Source: Trypanosoma brucei
Taxonomy: Eukaryota
Assembly (NCBI GenBank): GCA_000002445.1
Contig: CP000067.1
Coordinates: forward strand, 96,001-160,000
DNA length: 64,000 nt
Direction of reading: 5' to 3'
Shown: piece after piece, positions 51,518 through 61,600 of the stretch
Position numbering within the stretch: the first letter of the stretch is position 1
Layout of the letters: each line of letters opens with the position of its first letter
Position numbers and translations under genes: made by a program
The notes under the pieces: model-generated
Databases searched by the model: none
What the model was told of the DNA's origin: nothing
The model's input: the letters and a program-made list of their open reading frames with translations, nothing else

Positions 51518-52744
51518 TTAATGTGCTTCTAGCTCGATTATGTCTAACTACTCTGTTCTCACGCTGCCTCGGTCTATCTAATTTTAGCTCGCCCTCCCTA
51601 GTTGCTGCTATACCTTTACTGTCGACGTTGTTCCCATGTGAACAGTGCAAGTATGAAAAAAAAGGGGAAAAATGAAGGTGAACGATAGAAAAACAAATTA
51701 TGTAATGACAAACTCTCCTCCGGCTATGTTTAATTCCCCACAATAAACTGGCCAATGCGTTGCATGTAAGAAACAAAAGACGCACATTCCCCCCCCCATT
51801 TGCAACATCATCAACGAGGCTAATATCCGCATAACCAGCCATCACCAAACACAAAGACGCAGATCGCAATAGTTCATATCAAACAAGCCTAACCATATGA
51901 TGCAACAGGAAAGGCAAGGAAGAAAAGAGTAAGAGGGATTTGAAATCTTCCCCTTAAGTACTGTAAAATACTTATCATTACTGTTACTTTTACTGTTATT
52001 ATCATCATTACTATTATGGTCTTTATTTCCGTTTGGCGTTAACTGTAGAACAATATCAATAGCAACGGCAATAATATTAAATTATGTCGATAGATTTGGT
52101 TTGACTTTTCTCCCTTTTACTCCTTCCATTCCTCTATTGATAAGGAAATGGAGGGAAAGAAAAAAGACTAATAAGAAAAAACGGGCGAATTGCAATGATC
52201 ATGGAAATACTTGTTTTCACTGTGGAACTCTACATACGCGGACGATACGTGCACTACCCAGTTCCAAGTGCTGTGCAGTAAAAAAGAAACTCTTCTATAA
52301 CATCTTTTGTATATCAATGGTACCGTTGCGGCTTCATGAAACCTGTATTATCTCCTTTCCTCTTTCCACTAGGAAAATAAGTAAAAGAAACAAAAAAAAT
52401 GTTAACTGAAGGTCATAGAAGTACGTGGGAGCCAGAGGGCATCTAAACAACAAAAGAGGGGAGGATATGTTGCGCCACTGGTGACGCTACGACCTTGAAG
52501 TACTAAAAGAAGAAAATAAAACAATAATGACACGATAGTACGCCAACCGTTACAACAACAACAACAGTAACGTTGCTTATGTACCCACGGTGCGGTTTTT
52601 CATAACTATGCATCTATGTAAATAACCAGATCAATGAATAATAATAATAATAACAACAACAAAAACACATTATCGCCTCAGGAGCAACCCCATCACGTAT
52701 GAAACGCTCTCAAACACTCCTCTGTCATTTTTGGGAACAAACAT

Positions 52745-54292
52745 TTAATCATCGTCCGGATCCACAAAATCCGGCAGTTCATCTAATCCCTCCCATTCCT
52801 CAGGGATATTAATCTCCCAATAAGCTGGCAGGCTAAACACCTCCTCTGGTGAATATTTCTTCAGACATTGCTCCACAACACGCAAAACCTTCTCTAGCCG
52901 CGATTGCATTGTAAAAAAAATTGTGAGGCCTAACATGTTAAAGACAAAAGGGTGTAACACCTTCCGCACATGCGCTACCAGCGGAAGGGTACGATATAAT
53001 GAATCCGGTTCATCATACGCCTTCAGTGCATCATATGTTCCACGCCTGAAGCGGCAAATGGAAATATTCGCTACATTCCCAGAGAAGGGATTATTACTGG
53101 GATCAGCACGTGAATAAAAACCGCTACCGTGATCAAGAAAAGCGTACTTGGCGAGTCCCTTGATGCGTTTGTCCTTCATTGGTCGGTCACAAACGGTTTC
53201 ACGACCGCAGCCACCGTACACAAAGTTGTTGTGGTCATTCATACCGCGATCACTATTACCAATGATGAAGTCGAAAATAAAACGGTCATTAAGCTCACCG
53301 ATAGCCCGCAACCTCGCGCTCTTTGGAGGCCAAAATGAACTTCCTGGAATGAAATACTTCTTGGCAAAGGCATTGTCATACTTATACGGCAGCTCCAAAA
53401 AAGTTTCCAATGCTGGATGGACATCATGCATCCATAGTTGAACAGAAACGTAGGCGCAAAGTGAAGCACGAAACGGTGGGTGTCGTGAAGAATTTGTGCA
53501 AGACACAAAGTCCTCTTTGATGTTCTTATCTTCAAAAATAGTGTTCGACGCCCACTGCGAGAGGAGAGGGGAAGTTGCGGCAGCGGCTTGCATATGCTCC
53601 ACGGGAAGAGCAACTAACACTGTTGTGGGAACTCGTGACAAGTTCAGGGCGCGATCAACACTAAAAGCAGCTACCTCACTACTGGCCTCGAAGTAAAACC
53701 TACCCTGAGAAACCTTCACTAGCGCTTTGATTCCATTATGGGCATATGTAATCCTAAACTTTATCGTGCGCCCGTACAACAGCTTTGACGACATGGCCTT
53801 AATGTAGCGCATGTTGTTCAGATTGCTAAGGTACGCCTTGCAAAGTTCATCACGTTCCACCGTAAACTCTGCGTTGCGTCTATCGCACGCCTCCCATTCG
53901 CCTCGTTTTGATGAATTGACAGTTGCAAGATTGTACGGCAAAGGCACACCCAGCCCTGGCTTGGCAATGATGTCTGTGAACTTACCCGATGGTTGCCAAG
54001 GGTCTCCTTCAATTTCCTTCAGGAGTAAATTGTTCGCAAACGTTCGTAGCGCCTCAACGTACTCTTGTGGGAGAATGTAATCCACTGCAGCCACTTGTGA
54101 ATCTTCTGCAGTTTTTTTGGAAATTGGAGTGGGTGCCTCGCCTACACGGCTGGATGAGCCAAGGGTTTTATATAGTAAGCCACAACATACACACACAGGC
54201 ACCATCAAAATAAGAACAAGGAAAATTAGCACACGGCGCCTCGCACGTGTCCACTTCACGCGGCTACGGCGGCTGAAGTGACGAAAAGACAT
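52745..54292 (-). CDS. FAM20 / Four-jointed family secretory-pathway (Golgi) kinase-like protein, type II membrane topology (515 aa).
   Basis: ATG confirmed at 54292. N-terminal basic stretch followed by the signal-anchor [21 protein letters not shown]. Collinear matches to human FAM20C: GIKALVKV...[20 protein letters not shown] vs GTKALFKP...[32 protein letters not shown] vs [22 protein letters not shown] vs [22 protein letters not shown] vs CCRIRKSTYLRL. Confidence 0.7.
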   Translation of the reverse strand: [515 protein letters not shown]

Positions 54293-54745
54293 ATTTTCTT
54301 CGTTTTGTTATTCTCGTTAAAAAAATCAGCGGAATCGCCACAACTATTTGGATCACGCAGTCGGCAACGAAATTAGATTCATCGTTGCATGAGAGGCAGA
54401 AGGACACAAACAAGTATGACCATCAGGGGGGGGGGAAAGAAAAAAGAAAGGATGACAAAGTGGAAGCAAACATTTGCTCACAAAATAGAGAAATAGGTTA
54501 ATGGGAAATGTATGCATGTTTAAAAATAGAAAAGGATAGGGAAAAAAACCGAAGGCATAACAGGAAACGTGCGTGCAGCAACGAGTGAAATATGCCCAAT
54601 GATAATCACACTAACAACAATGCCAAATAAAAAGTGTCCGACTATACGAAAACAAAAAAAACCATTCAAAGCACCAAAACAATTCCTTTTTTTTCATTTG
54701 AGGGTCCGGTTCCTGGCGCACATGCGATTACGCCAGCCGGTTTAT

Positions 54746-55180
54746 TCACTCCTCAGTTTTAAACGTTTTCTTCGCATTATGTGTGTTGTCCTCCTCTTTA
54801 ATAATGACCTTCATATCGCTCTGCTCTTCACTTTCCCTCTTCACACCGGTCCTGTCTTCCAACCGCTGTTTCTTTTGGCTAACCTCCGCGCGGGCTTCTG
54901 CGACCAACTGCCGCTCCACGCCCTTCACACGCTCTTTATACGCCTCCCACTCTGTTGGTTCCGGCACAAACTCCTGTCGCTGCTGTTTAATGCCCCATCG
55001 CAGCTGTTGAGTTCTACTGAGTCGCGTCGTCGCGGCCCCACGTGATGGCGTTACGCCTTTGCACTCAAATGTCCAATGCGCTTTAGAACCACACTTTTGG
55101 CACGTTTTCTTCGCATTCGAGGTTTCGTCAACTCCGCGAGGGGTGCTATACTTCCGCGGAGGTCCTTTGTTGCCGTACAT
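54746..55180 (-). CDS. CCHC zinc-knuckle protein, ZCCHC10-like (144 aa).
   Basis: ATG confirmed at 55180. CQKCGSKAHWTFEC (C-x2-C-x4-H-x4-C) resembles ZCCHC10 CQKCLEFGHWTYEC. Basic/acidic low-complexity remainder. Confidence 0.5.
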   Translation of the reverse strand: MYGNKGPPRKYSTPRGVDETSNAKKTCQKCGSKAHWTFECKGVTPSRGAATTRLSRTQQLRWGIKQQRQEFVPEPTEWEAYKERVKGVERQLVAEARAEVSQKKQRLEDRTGVKRESEEQSDMKVIIKEEDNTHNAKKTFKTEE

Positions 55181-55602
55181 TTTGCTATAATGCTACAAAA
55201 CAACAATAAAGGATGAAAAAGATGCATTTACAACTAATACAAACAACACCTACAAGACAGAACACCAGCAAAACGATATGCTCATGAAGGAGGTTATACA
55301 AAATACAAAACGAGTAAACAAACAAACAAACAACTCCATTTTTCTTTTTTTTCCTCTCTTCATTGTGTGTTCGAAATGATGTGTTGTGGACATCACTGAG
55401 CAAGTAGCAGGAACATTTTTCATATATTAAGAAGCCATGGCTTCAATTCTTTTCTGGCAATTGGTGTTACCCCCCCCCCCCACCTCCCCTCCTTCCTTTC
55501 TTCCTTCTTTTTCATTCGTTATTACGTCTATGTTACTGGTTTTTATTTTCCGCACAAGCAAAATATGTGAAACGTTAGGCGGAGTGAGCGAAAGAAAGAC
55601 AA

Positions 55603-58600
55603 CTAGGGCTCCAGCACCAGCGCAACACCCGCCAAAATGAAAGCTTTAGCGGCAAGCTCGCTGGCACAGGGTAAATGTAATTCTGCAAGAAACATTTCCT
55701 TCGTGCCATTGGTGTATAACGGTACACCAACAGTGGTTACCGAATCCGGCATTGTGGTCATCCAACCAACATAAGTCTTTGGCATTGGAAATAACGCAGC
55801 CTCGTCCGCTGCCTCAATGGATTGCAATACATTAGACTCATCCAGTACAGCACCTTGCAGCATTAACCCCTCCAAACACACAGGGACTGTTTTACCCTCT
55901 GGTGGTGTAGAAATTGAGGTAACAAGCCGAAGAGCCACGAGAGGTTCGTGAAGGGAATGGGCAGTTTCCTGTCGAAGTGCATGCAAAAACGTGTGCGGTC
56001 GGAACATGGTGGAAATGTTAAGTGAAGACTTGAGAAGATTCCCATTCGTGGCCAACTCGAACAACTTTGCGATTGACGTTGCTCGATGCAACAGTGACTG
56101 CAGCCACGGTAAAATGCGAGGAGAGCCCTGATAATAGTTGTCCCATTGAGCCGGTACCTCGCCAGCGATCATTGTTGAAGCTTCAGCACGCCGATCTTCC
56201 CTCAGCAGAGCTTGACCTTCCAGAACCTTACCCAAGTCCTTCATCGACTCGTCCACAATGCTCACAAGACGCAGTGAAGATGTCATTTCGGCCCCCATGA
56301 AACCGAGAATTGGAGATGCATCCCGTGCAATACTAACTGTTTGCTGCAACAAGTCAGGGTTGGGCCGCATGAGTTCCTCCCACACTTGCAGAATTGGTCT
56401 CAACTTGTTTGCCCACTGTTCACGACTCATGGATGACTCACCTCTTGCTTCAATAAGGAGCTGCAAATCGTCTGTTAGTGCACGAACCTTCGACAACTGC
56501 ACGACGCGATCGGCATTTGGGGGAAGCGAAAAGACGAAAGGAATGTCATTTTCTGGTAGTTCTGATATCACCTTAAGGCAATCCCCATGCTTTCCTGATG
56601 CAGGTACTTTTACCTTTGCAAAGAGATTCATCTGTTGCTTCGCACTGGAGAGCACATTTGGATTAAAAAATTGATCCGTGTACTCCCTGAGGACGCGCAT
56701 GTCATACTCATTTTCCAAGCGAGAGCCATAGATGGCATCCTCCATGAGGCCACGAATAGCACGCCAGTCGGTCTCTCCCTTTGCTTGTTGTAGGACAATA
56801 TCTGAGGCGGACTTAAGATCAGCCGACGTCATTTCGTATGCCTTTGTCCAACCCTGTGGAATGTACGAGCGTCGCTCCTGCAGAATGGCGTGGAACGATG
56901 CCGTGATAAAGAGTAATTGCGTGTGAAGAGTTCCCTTTGCATCGTAAGGACCACTTTCCCAATCCTGGTAAGTGTGAAGAAGGTTTTGCTGTACACCCGG
57001 TGGTGCCTCAAAGGTGATCTTAAGGCACTGAGAAAGAAAAATTGAAGGGAAATCGTCATGCGCCTCGCTTGTGAGGAATAGTCGGAACTTGGAGTCCGGT
57101 TTAAGAACGTTCAGCTCCTTCTGTAGCGCTGTGACCCATGGGATCACAAGGTGCAAATTCTTTAGGAATAGCCAATCACCACTCTCAGCGCAGGCCCGCA
57201 ACAACCGAACAGCTTCCTCAGCCTGTCCACCACCCATAGCAAGTTGGTGGAAGTGATCCCGCCCGACCTTCTGATGAGCAATCGCTTGTAATTCCTGCGA
57301 GGGGTCAGCACCAGTCGTCGTGATTAACAAAATAGGCGTATTTGCCTCCGTACGAGTCAACAGTTGGGCGAGAGTATTATTGTCACCATAAGATTTAACA
57401 TGCAACATGTCACACGCCGTGCTTCTCACCGCCGCCATTAGCCTATCAGGACGAAGAGTCTTAACGACCAGTAATCGCTGAAACCTTGAAAGTTGACTAA
57501 TGAATTTGGGATACGATACCTCTGGGTTGGAGGAACGCATCCACTGCAACCAAACATCAGCCTCATGAAGAGAAAGCTTCGGTGTGAGATCTTCAAATAA
57601 CACGGCAAAGGAGCGATAAAGATCTCTGCTGTCTGGGAGTACCCACGTGGGCACCCGTACTTCGCTCTTCTTTGCTTCAGGGGCGATGGCGCGGTCAAGA
57701 AAGAAGTCCCATTCAGCAGCAGTGCAATCATTAGGGTACAGAGAACGAGCAAGGTGGATCCCGAAGACTGTACGGTGCTCCTTAAACAGGGAAGTGCAAA
57801 CCGAAGACACAACGCTTCGCACAAATGTCTTCGTTAACGCATCAATTTTAGTGTCGATATCGGTACGATCTTCTGCGTGGTGATGCAGTGTGTCGTTGAA
57901 TATCCCCATAAAGAAGCTGAAAGAAAACTGATACATATGCGACAGGGCTTTCAGACTTTTCACAATAAAGAATATTTCACTCGCCGTTTTTGCGAATGGT
58001 CGGTACACATTGCGCTTGGTATCGATTTCCTCCTGAACCTTCTTCGACGTTTCTAGCGCCACACTAATCTCCGCAGCCTGTGTTTTGATTTCGTTAAGGG
58101 AGTCAATCAGCGTTTTGTTATCCAGTAGCGATCCCTTTGACTCCGCTAAGTCTTTGAGGAGCGATTCCTCCAGATCGCTTAGTTGCATTTTCAGTCGCTC
58201 TTCTTTCTGAAGGACGGCAAGTTTCTCCTTCTCCAACTCCGGCTGTTCGTGTTGAATGGTTGCACCCAAAAACTGCCCCTCAAGACCATTTTGAGTTATG
58301 GAGAAGTTAACAGGAGTCAAGTAACTGAGAACGTCTGGGGGAATCCAAAGGTCAGTGGAGTTGGTAACGAGATAAAGTTGGAATCCATCCGCGTAGTCCA
58401 CCGTGCGACGGTCGCCGAACTGAATGACGCGTTTTGTACCCTCGGTCCGAAGTTCTTTTCGGAAGAGCGGGTACATGAACGCCTCAATGCCGTCTACATC
58501 AGTGAGAATAAAGCTCTTACCGAAGCGAAGCGCCAACTCCAAAGAAGATACAAACCGTTCTTCAGACACACTACAAACTTCCACTGATAGGCCCTTGCCT

Positions 58601-61600
58601 TTTAGGTGATTCACCAACCAGGACAGAGCCTGACCAGAGGAATCAATAATAAGCGGCGTTGTAACCTGTTCCTGTATAATCACAGCGTTATCCATGGACA
58701 GTTCATCTCCAGGAAGCCCTTCCGATTTATAGTGTAGTTGCATACTTTCTGGCCTCATAAATGTAAAGAATTCGAAATTGTCAACATCTTTCAACCGCTC
58801 TTTCCACACGTTCAAGGCGGTCCGGCGACCGTCCTCTGTAGCGTTACCAAGGTAGAGTATAAAAGCCGCAGCAAGAAGGCACCGCTTTGGTAAAAGAACC
58901 TGGTTCTCACGTATTACCTTGATCTGTGACACCCACCTGTCATGCTCGGAAGTGAGCTTTGCCAAAAGGTCATGGGCACACGCATACAAGCGCTCAGCCT
59001 GCTCAGCATGATCCTTGAGTCGCTCCGCCTCAGCCGTTCTCTCCCCAAAGTTGCGCTTCAGTCCCTCCACTCGCTCCTCCAACTTTGTTAGTTTCTCCTC
59101 ATACTTCCGCTTCTTCTCACTCCGACTCGCGAGACTCACCTCGTATTCCTTCAACTCCGCCTGCATCGGGCCCATCGTCTGAAGCACGGAAGAATACTCC
59201 AACACAGCCTTAATCCACTCAGCCATGGGGGCTGCAGCTTTTGAGGCACGGCCAATGACTTCTCGCTTGAAGGAGTTCTCGTGGTTCTGCATGAACTGTG
59301 TGACTCGCAAACGTGTTGCCTCCGTGAAACCAGCGATATTAAAATTGATGATCTGTTCCTTAATATCACCCGCTAGGATCTTACGAATGGATGCCCAATT
59401 CGTATCACCGCCACCACCTCCACCAATAGTAATAATGACGGCCTCCATTACGTCTTGCACAGCCGGCGGGGGTTGCTTGAGGGATTTCAACTCTGAAAGA
59501 TGTTCACTTCGGATCGAGCGTACGGCCGAAAGCGCCGCGTCAAGTGTTGGCTGAATGCCACTAAGACGTTCCTCAATCACACTTTTGCGTTCCTCAATGG
59601 CTTTCTGCTCCTTCTCTAGGTCCTTTCGGATCTTCTGAATATTTTTCTTTTGATCACTGGCCGCCTCCATATTAGTCTTTATCTCTTGTAGCGCATCGTC
59701 GGCCTCCTTTTGTTTGACTTCCATCAGTTTTCTCTTTTCAACAACGTCGGTTGCGATTTGGTCGACGTTCTCCTGTGCTTCATCGAGTTTCGACACACCG
59801 GTCTGCAGGCGTGTAATGCCCTCAGAGATCATCCGGCTCTTCTCTTTGAAGATACTCTCGTACGTGAGGCACAGCCCCTTGAAGTGTTGTGGGGAAAAGG
59901 TATTGATGTACTCTTTATGCACATGCACAATCTCCGTCGTCAGACTGAAGTCCTTCTTGTTATCTCGGCTGTCAATAGATTTGAACACATCCCGCATCAA
60001 GAGCCGGGGTATCAGCTTGAAACTGTCCGTGTGCCACGTCCCTACCCAGTAAACGTTGCAGCGCGTGAACAGAGCCGGATTGGAACGGCACTGCGGTTCG
60101 TAATTGGGATTCGTAGGGTCCATCACAACACACACGTGCAGCATTCGGGCAATTCGGTCAACAAAGTACGCATATGCACTCATACCCTCACCCAACGCAT
60201 CCTCCTTGAGTGGTGCGGTCATTGCATCCAGTTCCTCCTGCGCGAATAGTCCAGGAACCTCACCCGAGGCCAGAAGGGAATTGATAGTTTCAAGGAACGA
60301 CGAGTTCACGGTGAAGTTATGGTCCTCCAGCAACAATACAACATGCTGTCCCTCAACACCCGCCTTCATCATAATAGTCTTCAGTTCCGCGTTGAACTGC
60401 TTCATGCTGTACTCGCGGGTGATTCCCAATGTGACAAGTTCCATTCTCAAGCCGTACGCGGCGAGGCGAACAATACCGGCGGCGCACACGCCTGATCGGC
60501 CCACAAGCAGCAAGTTCCCACGTTCCTGCGACAGTACGCGATCCACGCGGGCCATCCAAACACAAACTTCGGGGATAAGTTGAACGTCGAGGTCAGCAAA
60601 CTCGCGCGAGTAACCCAACACAAAATCTTCAGCAGGTTTCTTGAGCTCTTCATTCGCGATGGGAGTCAGCTTCTTCTTCCCAATTGGCGATGTATCCATC
60701 CACGACACAAAGCTTGTCGTTTCTTTTTCACTGAGACCAGATTTGTGGCCAACGAGGAATATTAAGTTGTCGTGTATGACTTTTGATATCTTGGAGCGCT
60801 CCTCAGTAGTGACGAGACGGTCAACAAATATTCGGCGACCCTCGTAGCCGATTGCGTTGGTAACATCTTCTGGATTGTAGTTCAGCAAGTTGAGAACCCA
60901 TGAAGTAACGTCACGCGGGTTAAACATATAGTGGGACGCTACATTGACGGTGTAACGACTTGCCACTGCTTCGTAAACAGTAGTCATAATGCGTGCAATG
61001 TCAACAGCACCTTTTCCAGGAAGGTTGAGTTGAAGGCGGCCGCTCTGAATCATAATATTGAAGAATTCTGTGTATATGTTCTGCATCGCCTCTCGCGAGG
61101 GGTACGACATGGCGAGCACAGAGACCATAGCAAGGAAACGCGGTGCAACAGGGTGGCGTCCCATGCTCCCTGGTGGGTTCATGCTTCCGACAATTTGTAC
61201 CCGCTCCAAACTAATCCACTCCAAGTCAGTGTCATAGAAACCATTGTACAATACAATCTGTTGGAGCAGGGAGTGAAGCTGGACCGTGCCGTACTTATCT
61301 GGTTTCGGAAGATTCATGTCCTTCAAAAGAAGCACAAGGCGCTCCACTTCCTTGGGGCGCAACACTCGCCCTTGATTTGTGTTGTACACTTGACACATTT
61401 GTTTAAGTTTTTGAATAACATGGGTGGCCTCGGTCTGAGCGGAGCAGTTAACGGCGGTTACACGAGTACCAGGCGTTTTTCCAAACAAGTTGGTCAACAA
61501 CATCTTTTTCCCACATCCTTCAGGGCCGACGAGAATGAATGGACGGTATATGCCCGGACGCACTGGCTTCATCCAGGCTTGTAGAATCTTAACATTACGT

